Source: Macrostomum hystrix (taxonomy: Eukaryota; Animalia; Platyhelminthes). From it: 64,000 bases of DNA. Location of the stretch: positions 1,178,001-1,242,000 of the forward strand of contig CATNEN010000031.1 of assembly GCA_950097015.1 (NCBI GenBank), given 5' to 3'. The notes beneath the pieces were generated by a model. It was given only the letters and a program-made list of their open reading frames with translations, had not been told where the DNA came from and searched no databases. The translations under genes and the position numbers were made by a program. Within the stretch, counting starts at the first letter, position 1, and the number at the start of each line of letters is the position of its first letter. Positions 38,041 through 51,316 of this stretch are shown piece by piece.

Positions 38041-38949
38041 TTATGATGGTACGAAACATGAGAAATGGGAAGATATAGAAGTCAGAGTCAGATTGGGGAA
38101 ATGGGATGACGACGGAGGCAGAACAGACGGCGGCCCTCAGAGACAGGGGGGACACTAGCTCAAACTGAGAAGCTAAAAGCGGGTTGAGATAGCTACACAC
38201 AGCTAGATTCCTTTTAAGAGTAGCGAAGTCTTGCTTTGAGATCATCAGTCATCAAACGTGCAGTTAACAGCGCTGGGCTCTGATTGCGCAGAATTATTTA
38301 TGACTAATGAACATGATTTATTATACGGCATATATAAAGAGTAGATGATACAGCTGCGGGTCACAAGATCCGTAGTGAATGTTGCGCCACTTTAGGGTAA
38401 AAGTGAAACGGAAATCCCAACGATAGGCACTTCTAAATAGTTCTAAATAAGCACAATACACTACTTTATTGGTTCTGGTAACACTAAAATTTACGCGAAT
38501 GGAAATGAAATTCGACAGTTAATAGTAGAAAAATACAATTTTCCAAGACTGTGCTTTGAGGGCGCGAAGAGAACAAGCTAATGCATCATTGATTTTTACA
38601 CATTTTATTCAGCCAAAAATGCTCAGACTTAGACAATAGAAATAAAAGGCTATTTGTTAGAAATCCTGTTAATCCTGTTAAGTGTTTTACGACTTTTGAA
38701 AGCCGAAATTGTATTACATTGGCTAGACTTCGAACTCATAATTGAATATTATATTCTAAAATAAAAATTATCTATCTTAAACTGCAGATATATTTAATTA
38801 ATTCCAATACGAATAAATTCTGCTTACTCTACTTCTAGTAGAGATAAAAGTAAAACAAAAAAATGTCCATCTAGACTTCTTTAAAAATGGCCAGTAAATA
38901 TCTTTTTAAAAAATGGAATTTCAGCCTGCTGGTCTGAAGCTATGCTTAC

Positions 38950-41900
38950 TGCCCTGCGTGTCAGCTGACGGATGATGCCCCATGCCGGAGGCGCCGACAG
39001 TGCCAGAACGACGGCTGCAGGACGAAGCCGAACTGGTCTCAACTGTTAGGATGATGAAAGACAGATTGTTAAACACAGTCCCAGACTGTGTCCCAGACTT
39101 CTCCCCAGACTGTTAGACACAGTCCCAGACTGTTAGACACAGTCCCAGACTGTTAGACACAGTCCCAGACTGTTAGACACAGTCCCAGACTGTTAGACAC
39201 AGTCCCAGACTGTTAGACACAGTCCCAGACTGTTAGACACAGTCCCAGACTGTTAGACACAGTCCCAGACTGTTAGACACAGCCAGACAATGTACACTCA
39301 CTTGAGTTATCGCTTCCAATAGCGGCAGAATTAACTGGCGGCATGACCCCTAAAGGTGTTGGCGTCTTGGCCAGCAAGCTACTGTACTGGCTGACACTGT
39401 CGCCGTCTATCGGGTAGGGCTGCTGCTGCAGCTGCATGCCGACGATGCCGGAGTAGCTGGGAGGAGGCAGCGACGAAGCCGCCGCCGAGACGGCTGGCGC
39501 CCAGGACTGAGGCGGAAGCATTGACAGCTGCTGCAGCTGCCGACCGTTGCCAACATCAAAGGCGCCGCCGCCGCCAACTGTAAGCTTCGACATGCCTAGC
39601 GTAGGCGGTGGCGGCGCAGACGAAGGACCTTCTATTGAGCAGCCGACAGTGTCAACGCAGTCGCCAAATACATAATAGCACTGCTCAGAGAAGCCGACCT
39701 TGTTCACTTTGTGCCTGATGCAGCCCTGTTTGAGCATTTCGGCTGCCCATTTGCGCGCCTCCTTGCGCTCGGTGAAGCCTTCCACTTTCATGTACAACCA
39801 GTCGACTAGGTCCGAGCCTAAGCGGTGTTGAATTGTTTCGTCGGAGTGTCACACTTTAAATTCACCTTACAGTGTCTACTAATAGTAGCAAGAGTTGCCA
39901 ATGGAAAGGCTATTTCGTAATCTATTTATGATAGATGGAACAGATACGCAATGGAAGAGACGGAGATTTGCAATACAGATTAGCCACTAACCAATGAAGG
40001 CCTTGGGAATAGGAATCTTGAGCCAGGTGCGATCGCGCACCTCCAGTCCGGAGTCCGGCAATGCCATTGCCCTGGCTATTGTATGCAGGTCAGTCTGAGT
40101 AGTCAGGTGCGGCATCAGGTCTTCCGCTGTATAGCGCTCCGACTCTGGCAGCGAGCAGGACGATGTGCTCACGCTGGCCGCTGCGTGCGGGAGTTGAGCA
40201 GTAGATTAGCACATGAGATCTCAGGTTCTAGGATTTGGGAATTTAGGATCTTAGGATCTGAGGATCTAGGATCTGAGGATCTAGGATCTGAGGATCTAGG
40301 ATCTGAGGATCTAGGATCTGAGGATCTAGGATCTGAGGATCTAGGATCTGAGGATCTAGGATCTGAGGATCTAGGATCTGAGGATCTAGGATCTGAGGAT
40401 CTAGGATCTGAGGATCTAGGATCTGAGGATCTAGGATCTGAGGATCTAGGATCTGAGGATCTAGGATTTGAGGACCTAGGATCTGATGATTAGGAGGGTA
40501 GACAACGTAGGATAAAAAAGCAGCAGCAGCTTCGCACCTGTGACGGTGAGTCGACTATCAACTAAATTCTCAGGTGCGGGTCCAACAAGGCTAGATGGGG
40601 CTGGCGTCATCTGGGAGCCGACGATGCTGACGCCACCGCCGCCAGCGTCTTCCCGCATAGCGTTGGTGTGCAGCACCCAGGCTCTGGGATCGATGGGTCT
40701 GACCGGCTCCTCGCGGGGCATGCTGCGCAGCTGATAGTCGCGCGAGTCCCAGCACTTTGCCACCACCAGACGAATCTTGCCCGGCTTCTGCACCTCGTCG
40801 CGCAATATCCGAACAGCTTCATCATTCTCTTTATTCTCGAATGGAATGTTGTTAACTTCTAGCAGCATGTCGCCAGGCTGGATGCTGCCCTCGCGTTCAA
40901 CAGCTCCGCCGCGCATGATGGAGCCGACGTAGATTCCACCGGAGCCGCCGTTGGCAGCGGGATGGCCAACAATGCTGATGCCGAGGAATTGCACCGCGTC
41001 CATGTCAAGCTCTACAGTGCGGATATCCAGGGAGACGGCCGACTCCGTCACGCTGCTGAATGAGGAAGTCTGGAAGCGGCGGGTGGGATTCGTGCAATCC
41101 CGTGATACGAATTGGGGATAAGATGAGCTAGGAAAACTGAGAATACGAGAAGTAGGAGAATTCAGAGATGAGAGGAGGTGTTAGTCTTGGGAGATGAGGA
41201 GATGTTAGTCTTGGGAGATGAGGAGGTGTTAGTCTTGGGAGATGAGGAGGTGTTAGTCTTGGGAGATGAGGAGGTGTTAGTCTTGGGAGATGAGGAGATG
41301 TTAGTCTTGGGAGATGAGGAGGTGTTAGTCTTGGGAGATGAGGAGATGTTAGTCTTGGGAGATGAGGAGATGTTAGTCTTGGGAGATGATGAGGTGTTAG
41401 TCTTGGGAGATGAGGAGATGTTAGTCTTGGGAGATGAGGAGGTGTTAGTCTTGGGAGATGAGGAGATGTTAGTCTTGGGAGATGAGGAGGTGTTAGTCTT
41501 GGGAGATGAGGAGATGTTAGTCTTGGGAGATGAGGAGGTGTTAGTCTTGGGAGATGAGGAGATGTTAGTCTTGGGAGATGAGGAGGTGTTAGTCTTGGGA
41601 GATGAGGAGGTGTTAGTCTTGGGAGATGAGGAGGTGTTAGTCTTGGGAGATGAGGAGGTGTTAGTCTTGGGAGATGAGGAGGTGTTAGTCTTGGGAGATG
41701 AGGAGGTGTTAGTCTTGGGAGATGAGGAGGTGTTAGTCTTGGGAAATGAGGAGATGTTAGTCTTGGGAGATGAGGAGGTGTTAGTCTTGGGAAATGAGGA
41801 GATGTTAGTCTTGGGAGATGAGGAGGTGTTAGTCTTGGGAAATGAGGAGATGTTAGTCTTGGGAGATGAGGAGATGTTAGTCTTGGGAGATGAGGAGGTG

Positions 41901-44900
41901 TTAGTCTTGGGAGATGAGGAGGTGTTAGTCTTGGGAAATGAGGAGGTGTTAGTCTTGGGAGATGAGGAGATGTTAGTCTTGGGAGATGAGGAGATGTTAG
42001 TCTTGGGAGATGAGGAGGTGTTAGTCTTGGGAGATGAGGAGGTGTTAGTCTTGGGAGATGAGGAGGTGTTAGTCTTGGGAGATGATGAGGTGTTAGTCTT
42101 GGGAGATGAGGAGATGTTAGTCTTGGGAGATGAGGAGGTGTTAGTCTTGGGAGATGAGGAGATGTTAGTCTTGGGAGATGAGGAGGTGTTAGTCTTGGGA
42201 GATGAGGAGATGTTAGTCTTGGGAGATGAGGAGGTGTTAGTCTTGGGAGATGAGGAGATGTTAGTCTTGGGAGATGAGGAGGTGTTAGTCTTGGGAGATG
42301 AGGAGGTGTTAGTCTTGGGAGATGAGGAGGTGTTAGTCTTGGGAGATGAGGAGGTGTTAGTCTTGGGAGATGAGGAGGTGTTAGTATTGGGAGATGAGGA
42401 GGTGTTAGTCTTGGGAGATGAGGAGGTGTTAGTCTTGGGAGATGAGGAGATGTTAGTCTTGGGAGATGAGGAGGTGTTAGTCTTGGGAAATGAGGAGATG
42501 TTAGTCTTGGGAGATGAGGAGGTGTTAGTCTTGGGAAATGAGGAGATGTTAGTCTTGGGAGATGAGGAGATGTTAGTCTTGGGAGATGAGGAGGTGTTAG
42601 TCTTGGGAGATGAGGAGGTGTTAGTCTTGGGAAATGAGGAGGTGTTAGTCTTGGGAGATGAGGAGATGTTAGTCTTGGGAGATGAGGAGATGTTAGTCTT
42701 GGGAGATGAGGAGGTGTTAGTCTTGGGAGATGAGGAGGTGTTAGTCTTGGGAGATGAGGAGGTGTTAGTCTTGGGAGATGAGGAGGTGTTAGTCTTAGGA
42801 GATGAGGAGGTTTTAGTCTTGGGAGATGAGGAGACGCGAGAATTAATGGATGAGAATATATCAGAATCGAAAGATGCAGAGAGTGGATATTATTCATATT
42901 ATTAAGTCCATCATTTGGGAGAATAGGAGACAATGGGAAATAAACAATGACCCAGAACCAACCCTGCTGATGTGCGGCGGTCTCTTCTTATGTCGATGCC
43001 GCCGCTTGCTGTGCAGATTTCGCCTAGCAGCAGCGGCAGCAGCCGAATAGGTAGTGTTGGTGGCACTGCTGAACCTGCTGCTTTCAACATCGTCCTCGCT
43101 ATCTAGAAACGAGGTGGAGTCCAGATCGCTCGACATCATGCTGCCAGCTGACTCGTAGGTTGACGGAGCCAGATGCTGCTGCTGCTGCCTGTGAATGTTC
43201 AGCCGGCCTGGCAAGCCGGATCGATGACCGCCTGCAATAGAGTAAAAAGGAAAAAAGAATCTATTAAAGAACTGCCTACGAGCGTATTGAAGCGGCTTCT
43301 TCAGCTGTCAATCAACACTACATATTTGGTTAAGTGAATGCAGGAAGATAACAAATATTACAAATGACACCTTGACTTTTAGTTTAATTAACACAGGATG
43401 TTCCAGGGTACAAAAAGTACAGACAACATAGGATTATTCAAAAGACTTCCTGCACTTAATGATCTGGTTTACAGAATTTTATATATGAACAAATTGTGCG
43501 TTGGAACTTCAAATCTGCTTTCAACATGTGAGAATCTTGTAACGCACTTACATTCATTTTTTATCGCCCCAGATCTGACTCTCCCCTGAAACCTTTGAGT
43601 CTGCAACTACCAGCAACTCCTCCACATCTCAGAGTCTCCCACTCCACATCTCAGAGTCTCACTCTCCACATCTCAGAGTGTCCCACTCCACATCTCAGAG
43701 TCTCCCTCTCCACATCTCAGAGTCTCCCTCTCCACATCTCAGAGTCTCCCTCTCCACATCTCAGAGTCTCCCTCTCCACATCTCAGTGTCCCTCTCCACA
43801 TCTCAGAGTCTCCCTCTCCACATCTCAGAGTCTCCCTCTCCACATCTCAGAGTCTCCCTCTCCACATCTCAGAGTCTCCCTCTCCACATCTCAGTGTCCC
43901 TCTCCACATCTCAGAGTCTCCTTCTCCACATCTCAGAGTCTCCTTCTCCACATCTCAGAGTTTCCTTCTCCACATCTCAGAGTTTCCTTCTCCACATCTC
44001 AGAGTTTCCTTCTCCACATCTCAGAGACTCCCTCTCCACATCTCAGAGTCTCCCTCTCCACATCTCAGTGTCCCTCTCCACATCTCAGAGTTTCCTTCTC
44101 CACATCTCAGAGTCTCCTTCTCCACATCTCAGAGTCTCCCTCTCCACATCTCAGAGTCTCCCTCTCCACATCTCAGTCTCCCTCTCCACATCTCAGAGTC
44201 TCTCTCACTCCACCGGACCACATCTCAGAGTCTCTCTCACTCCACCGGACCACATCTCAGAGTAGTTCTCTCTCCTCATATTATTGCAATAACAGAAAAG
44301 TTTGCAGAGTACACAGACCAACTAAATCAACTCACCATGGTGACGATTATTGAAGCTGGGCAGTGGTGCCACTCGGTCTACAAAAATTGCGCCAGTTTTT
44401 AGTTGCAACAGATCATTAGAATGCAACAGATTTATGCACTTTTGGTGCCTATTAAATGGCACGAATGCCTGTTTTACATTCAATGGTAAAAATACATAAG
44501 CGTGTGGCACACTCACCCGCCTGTTGCTGAGCACTGTACTCACTCTCAGAGCCAGTGCCGGACGCGCCACTGCCAAGCGCTGTTGCTGGGGCATCCAGTC
44601 GGCTGCCAGAGTTTACACTTCCTTCAGTGTCGGCTGTGACCAGCTGCATTGGCACATTAGAAGTCATGTTAATGCGTGCGGGTATGCACTCTTCACAGAC
44701 CATTTAAAACATTTCTCAAGTTAAGGAAGCAAAATAACTTACCCAAGATTCGACCTTGCCTTTGGAGAATGGCAAATGGACATTGTCATCTGCAATCTCC
44801 TCCTTTACAACACTAAAATATCAAATGAAAAAGTTATGTTAGAAAGTTTATAAAAAAACTAAATATACATTTTTATTTTTAGACAAAATAGTAATATGTG

Positions 44901-47120
44901 CCACTAAAACATTTAATATGAAGCTAATTAGCTGAAATATGAAACGGCCTTTAAATACTTCAATTAAATTTTGTAAATTAATAATTTCATTAGAAATAAT
45001 ATTGAAAAGTTGATTCAGTGTATTCTTGTGATGTAGCTTCAGCACATGACAAATGCTGACACATACCTAGATTGCCACAGCTTTTGTCAAGTTGAAATAC
45101 TTCTTAGGAAAAATCTTATTTTGTTTTCTTTTTGACATCTTAGTTTAGGATTTTGGTGGAAACATAAAATAATGGATGGGCTAAGAAATGTTAGGAAATT
45201 AAATAGTTAAGAGCAAAAACATCACTTAGCCCAAGTTATATGCAAACAATATCGACCTAAGTATCAAATTATGGTCCATGAATTATTATCAAACTCTTGC
45301 CAGATATCTTTATTATTTTTCCCCTTAGGCTGAGGGTTGAAAACAAAAATTGTAGCTGTTGTTTTTGGTATATAATCAAAAGTTAGTAGCAGTAGCAGCA
45401 GCAGAGTTTGACTAGAGGCCATGATGGCACAGCTCTGTGACAAACTATGTAGGTAATATAATATCGAACAGCATTGAAATTATTGTCACTTGGCTCATGT
45501 CCCTTGCCACAATAATGGCCAAAGCTATTATCTACTATGTTAGGGTGATCAATAAACATTTTAAAGGCTAATGACCTATGATGCCATGATGTGGCATATG
45601 TTTGCATAGTTGGCACTGGCTTTATGAAGTGTTATAGCAGCAGTTTTCATGAGGCTCTGTTAGTATACTTGCTACCATTGGTATATTTGGAAAGGAAGTG
45701 CTTATTCCCACAGTCCCGTGCCGATAATTTCAATTTTATCAACACGGATCCATGCCGATAATTTTCTGCTTATCCACACGGTCAGCTTGTATGAATAGGT
45801 CTACTTTCAAGTCCCTACCTATTCTTCTCTGAGCATAAGGCTTTTGCTTTGTCAGAGTATAGTGTATAGTGTACACTATCAATGCATAGTGTAAAATACT
45901 AACAACGATGTATAATATGTGTGACGAGTTTGGTGCTGACTAGAATTCTGCTGTTTGACTCGTATGATTTTCTTTGATAGACTTTTTACTTTTTAAGACA
46001 ATACAATTCGAATGAAAACACGTAACGATGACAAAAGATTTAGTGAGTTGTTATTAAAATAATTAAAAAGGATGACATTAATGTTGGTTAATGAATGTGT
46101 AGGTTGAAATGTAGAACACTGTCGTAACACACTGGCAACTTTGTCGATCTATTGGCTCGATGGTTCAACAAAATGTTCAAACCTAAAAGGGCCTCGTTTC
46201 AAAGAACAGAACCATGTAGATAAAATTAAAATTAACGGCACGGCATATATATATTAAAGAGTTTTAGACCTATTCATACAAGCTGCCATGTGGATAAGCA
46301 GAAAATTTTCGGCACGGATCCGTGTGGATAAAATTGAAATTATTGGCACGGATCCATGTGGATATCATTGAAATTATCGGCACAGGACCATGGGAATAAG
46401 CTCTGCCATTTGGGAATCATTTATTTGACATGTGTGATAGTCTTACAGACTAAATTCAAATGTTTATTAGGAATACAAATTTTGGTATGCAATTTAAAAT
46501 CAAAAGTACTTCACACACTATTTTTTATTACCCTTTGCACCAGGTTGACTCAATCTTTAAAATAAATATATATAGGTGCCAATAGTGTCCACTTGTTTGA
46601 ATTGTTAATGGCCATAAAATATATTTATTAGTGAATGGCTAGGCCTAGGCCTAGCTTATCCTTAAAGAGATAGTTTGATATATTCAACACTAGTGCATAA
46701 CAATAGACTATGGATTAGGTTGAATTTTTATTTAGTTTAATGTAGAAAAGGAATCAAAGATCTACTGAGAGAGATAGCAAGAGACAGTGTCTGCTTTCTG
46801 TCAAATATTTCTATAGCTATAGAATATAGCTAAGAAAACATTGATTGATAAAAAATCACCAGGAAGAAACGAGAATCTGAATAAAAATAAATTTAATTTT
46901 TTGTTTTTTATTAAACCAAATGATACCTTGTCACTTGCATTTCAGGCTCGACTTACCCAAAATCATCATCAACTGATTTGAAAAAGAATTTGAAGTTGCC
47001 CTTGTAGTTTAGAGCATTTTTGAAGTCACCTAGAGTGGCCTGACCAGGAGGAATTGGTAAACGAATCAAATACGGAGTAGCTTCCTCATCAATATGAAAT
47101 ATTATCTTCGTTCCTTCCAT
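38950..47120 (-). CDS. dvl: Dishevelled (DIX-PDZ-DEP), at least 9 coding exons
   Basis: Phase-consistent exons 47120-46957 ([18 protein letters not shown]...[11 protein letters not shown]), 44812-44743 (VVKEEIADD...KVESW), 44643-44517, 44377-44336 (42 nt, PLPSF), 43231-42963 ([11 protein letters not shown]...basic region), 41069-40538 ([11 protein letters not shown]...[13 protein letters not shown]), 40180-39992 ([20 protein letters not shown]), 39817-39302 ([14 protein letters not shown]) and 39042-38950. The 3' end is unresolved; read-through of exon 8 would stop at 39273. Confidence 0.95.
39075..39285. repeat. 20-bp minisatellite (ACAGTCCCAGACTGTTAGAC)n in Dvl intron 8
   Basis: Period 20. 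Unit contains the hairpin ACAGTC-cca-GACTGT; the sense strand ends each unit in CTAACAG. Confidence 0.93.
40250..40487. repeat. 15-bp minisatellite (AGGATCTAGGATCTG)n in Dvl intron 6
   Basis: Direct tandem repetition. Confidence 0.95.
41165..42835. repeat. 24-bp minisatellite (GAGATGAGGAGGTGTTAGTCTTGG)n in Dvl intron 5, ~70 copies
   Basis: Direct tandem repetition. Confidence 0.97.
43625..44262. repeat. ~22-bp minisatellite (CTCTCCACATCTCAGAGTCTCC)n in Dvl intron 4
   Basis: Direct tandem repetition with 20-bp variants. Confidence 0.93.
45700..46401. mobile_element. Foldback/MITE-like element with long modular TIRs in Dvl intron 1
   Basis: 45700-45803 and 46265-46401 are inverted repeats (GCTTATTCCCA...CAGCTTGTATGAATAGGTCTA versus TAGACCTATTCATACAAGCTG...TGGGAATAAGC) built from a ~33-bp module. 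No TSD found. Confidence 0.7.
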
Positions 47121-47704
47121 GACAGCTAGCTCTATTTGCTGTTAATGTTGTTTGCTTAGTTTGAACACGTCACACGATAAAAGCTTAATCTATACAGGAT
47201 AGCTATAACTTAGTAATCACAGAACATTTATTTAAACACCATGATTTAGAATTCACTTTTTTACTTTATCTGCTCGTTAGTAAAATAACAATTTCTTTTC
47301 GTAGTGATGCTCGAAGATACAGAAAAGATCTGTTTCGTTTCGTTTCGAACAGATAATTTAGGTCCACTTCCATAGAAATCCATTTTCAAAAGTTGCATTT
47401 ATTTTTACTAGTACTAAACATTTTACTAAGAAACACAGTTAACAGTATCTTTTTTAAATGAAACTGACTTTAGCATCATAAGAGTCGTAAGCTATTTTGA
47501 TCTTTGTTTAAATATATGCGATTGAAAACTTTGATAAGCAGTTATTCGAAATCTTCGTGTCATCAGCAAATAATTTATTAAGCTTTAAAATATGTATGCG
47601 TACTACATTAACTGCTGAAATGTGAAATTCTGCCCGTGAGTGCACTACGTAACATTTCTTGACATAAAAGTCATGTTTTCTGTATTCCTGCTTATTCAGT
47701 TTCT

Positions 47705-48540
47705 TCTAGATGTGCAGCTGACAGCACAGCCACTGCGTTGCAAATGAGGCGTTGCAATGTACACAATATACAAGAAACTTACAAAAATGTTCAAAACGAA
47801 AATTAAAACCACCAAACATAATTTTATGAAAAAGAATACTTTTCTAAATACCCCTTAAGTAAGAATTTGGAATAATTCGTATAGTTTTAATCACCCACGT
47901 AGTACCTGTCTTGTAAGTGCTATTTAAAGATTGAACAAACGAGCTGAATAGAAAACTTGCAATTGATAAAGCAGTAATTTAGTGTACCAGACAATATAAT
48001 TATTTGAATGTGAACTTGCCCTAGCCGGTTTCAAGTAGCAACATATACGTGCGTCATTATTATTTTAAGCAGAGAAGACAGATTTATTTGCGATGAGATT
48101 TATTTAAGCTACCGAGGCGAATTGTCGCAGCTTTTAAAAGCTGTCAGTTCGCACTCGACAAGCAGCATGCATGCAGGCAGCCCCAATAACATAAACTCGT
48201 AACAGGTTAAGAAACACATCAATTAGCAATCAACGCGTTTTAGTATTAAATAAATTATGTGGAAGGACTATGGGACAATTTGCATCGCTAACTAAAGACA
48301 TATTTTACTTCATTGTTAGTTAGTTTTTTTCCTACGAACATGCAGACAGTGCGGCGCATCTGAAGACTGCGCAGGGCTGTTCAGTCCATGGACACGTGGG
48401 ATACCAAACCCACCCTCAATTACTTCAGCTTATGCTAATACCCATTTAACAGCTGGATGATCTGAAGCGATGCAGAGTTAAGTGTCCTGCTAAAGGACGT
48501 ACATTGTTCAAATAGAGTCGGGAATCGAACCACCGACCTA
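47705..48540 (-). mobile_element. SINE family B copy split by a ~600-bp insertion
   Basis: 47705-47736 and ~48344-48540 are consecutive pieces of the 33976-34277 consensus. Termini of the intervening sequence not recognised. Confidence 0.6.
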
Positions 48541-49364
48541 TTTACAAATTGTAAATTTACAATTTAAATCGAGACAGTTAGAAAGTTGAATATTTTTTTA
48601 AATTTACAATCAGACGGCAGTGTAAAAGAGATGACTAGGACATGTTCACTTTAATATGTGATACATGTGACAGGAAAAACAAATGTGAAGAACAGCTATA
48701 ATAATATATGGACGTGACCTATACGAACAAAACATTAAATTTCTTGAAGCAAGAAATACAGAACTTTATACATGTGGCGAGAAAATTGGGCGTCAAAAGT
48801 CAACTAATTGATTGAAATAATTAAATACAAATATATATCCCGATTAGGATCTACTTGAGAGAAGAAATAGGAGGAAAAAACATTACAATTCAGAAGAAAC
48901 CTACCTTCAAGTGTGAAATGACCAACGAAGTGAAGCTTTTTAATTTACAAAGTGCCGAGAGAAGTTCATTAGTTCTGATTGGACAATACGGTGAGCCGTA
49001 GCTATTTTTGGAAATGCTCTAAAAGTCCTTTAATTTTAATCTGTCAATATGGTCAGTTGTAGCTATTTTTAGAAAACTAGAAAACTAGAATTATAAAATC
49101 CTAGAAAACTAGGATTTTGATAGAATCCCTTTAATTCTGATTTGCTAATAAGGCTAGCTTCTGGCTATTTTTAGAAAGTGTCTGAGAGAATCCCTTTAAT
49201 TTTGATTGGACAATACGGCTAGCCGTAGCCATTTAAAAAAAGTTTTAAATGGAAATACCCTTTTAATTAAACCTCAGCCAACGAAGCGTAAAAAGCTTTG
49301 GTTATTAGATGAAAAGTTAACGCAAGACCGCAGCAGAGACTCTATAGGGATCCTCTAGAGACGG

Positions 49365-50324
49365 TTAGTTGGGAACCAGTGGAGGCAGCGACAGGCACTC
49401 GGCTCGAATCCACAGGCGCAGTGGCGGCTGCTCGCCGGATTTGCGCAATACGATCGGGGTTGGCATTGGAAATCGCTGACGAGTGAGCAAACCGCCGCCG
49501 ACAGACCCGCCGGAGCTTTCGGCGACGCTTCTAAGCGAAGCCTGAGCCGCTGGGGGATTCGAATCAGCGGCTGGTCGAGTGCGATGGAGCAGCGAAGACT
49601 TCAGCAGGCGCCTAGTGGTCAGGTCCGAGTGGGTGTAGCTCAGGCGGACAAGCCGCAGAAGCTGGTCGGTTGGACCAGCCGATACAGGCCGGTTAAAAGG
49701 CTGCTGCAGTTGCTGACGGCTTGAAAGCAACTGCTGCGGTGGCTGCACAGTTCGCCATGAAGACGGAGACTGTTGGTGTTGCTGCTGTGCAGTCGGTAAT
49801 GTCAAGCTAGTTAGTGCAGCTTCAGTGTTGGCGGCTTCAGTGTTGGCAACTTCCTCCTCGTGCTGACTGTCATCAGCTGACGCCGAGTTCGGCTCAGGCG
49901 ATGCCGGTACCTGATCTGGCGGCGCGACGTCATCACTCTCGGAGGATCGGGCAGCCGCATCGGAGCAGCTGCAGGAAGATGCAAAGCCGTCCTTAACTGG
50001 CAGCATAATGAGCGCCAGAGCCGCTTCTGTCGGGCTGACAGGTCGGCTGCCCACCGTCTGTTGTCGGCGAAAGGCGGCAGAGCACCAGAACTCGAAGGTG
50101 ACCTCCGGCTGGGTTTGGCGCTGCCGTTGTATCGGCGACCCACCAGGCCAGCCGGACAGGCGGCGGGAGCTGCCAGAGGCGTTGTCAAGCTGATCTCGAC
50201 CGTAGGCAAGGAGTCTTCTTCGCTGCTGCATTGGCCACGCCGGACGAAACATGGCTCGCTGCTGACCGCTGCCAACCGACTGCTGACTGGTCGCAGCGCT
50301 GAATGGCTTTGACGCGAAGCTCAT
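49365..50324 (-). CDS. Intronless 319-aa ORF, Ser/Pro/Gln/Ala-rich, no recognised domain
   Basis: ATG-to-stop ORF in a GC-rich, non-repetitive island flanked by AT-rich DNA, with the same composition as the confirmed exons. Confidence 0.5.
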   Translation of the reverse strand: MSFASKPFSAATSQQSVGSGQQRAMFRPAWPMQQRRRLLAYGRDQLDNASGSSRRLSGWPGGSPIQRQRQTQPEVTFEFWCSAAFRRQQTVGSRPVSPTEAALALIMLPVKDGFASSCSCSDAAARSSESDDVAPPDQVPASPEPNSASADDSQHEEEVANTEAANTEAALTSLTLPTAQQQHQQSPSSWRTVQPPQQLLSSRQQLQQPFNRPVSAGPTDQLLRLVRLSYTHSDLTTRRLLKSSLLHRTRPAADSNPPAAQASLRSVAESSGGSVGGGLLTRQRFPMPTPIVLRKSGEQPPLRLWIRAECLSLPPLVPN

Positions 50325-51316
50325 AGCAGGATTCTATTATATTATTGAGCTAGGATTTATTAACTGTTGGTTGATACTATAGAGGCCAGAGCCCTTTGAC
50401 AGCCGGCTGAGCTGTGTGAGACCCCAGTCTCTCCACTATCTATGAAATTTATACACAAATGGCATGACAGCTAGAGGAGCCGAAAGTCGACCAGCCGCTG
50501 ACGCAGATAAACAAAATAGCAGCCAGACAGACAGACCGGGGGTGGGAGAGAAGATGCGAGATGATGGGCCGCCATGTAGGCTCGGCATGGGCGGAGTTCA
50601 TATCTAAGCTCGATATGGTGAGGGTGAAAAGCTGCAAAGTGGCCACAGACGCATGAGACGCATGAAAGGCTTGAAAGTAAATAGTGCCGCGCAGGTGATG
50701 CACAACTCAGCACAATGCACTAAGAGCAGCGGGGGTGTATAACACACACAAGCATTGACGCGCACACCCTTTAAGTTAGATTAGAGCGGTGCTGGATTTA
50801 ATGACGAAGTTTTTTTTAAAGAACGAACACAAGTTGTCCTATAGCTGACAGTAGCCTGATATTAGCGTCGAATTAAAGGTTAGACACTATGGGACAGATG
50901 GAAATTATAGTAAGGCCATTTGGGTTAGCTATAATTAGCTATAGTTTGTGCACCGATTTAGTTAATTACTCAGGATATCTCAGTTGGGTGATAGCTGGAT
51001 TGAATGAGAAATGGGTAGATAAAAAATAGTTTTCAAATTGTAGTAGATCGACTCACTTTTCCGACTGAATTTATTTTTTTATCTTCGATTGAAATGTGCA
51101 AGACGTATTTATTTCAAAAGCAGAGTGTGAAGAAAAAAACATACAATTGAGCTAAAGCTAGACTTTGTCCAATACACTTGTAAGTTATCAATGAGTGAAA
51201 CATTTGTGGCAATAAAATCAAGATGATATGATAATAAATAATTTGCCATAAAACATGCTGGCATGGACTTGTACGGCAAAACAAGAGATTCTATTCTTAT
51301 GCGAAACTGTTGGACA

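Noticed and set aside
36440-38245. Overlapping 400-600-aa ORFs in all three minus frames
   Set aside because: Artefact of a stop-free 28-bp unit.
41128-42933. 601-aa and 575-aa ORFs on both strands
   Set aside because: They lie within Dvl intron 5, whose flanking exons join in phase without them.
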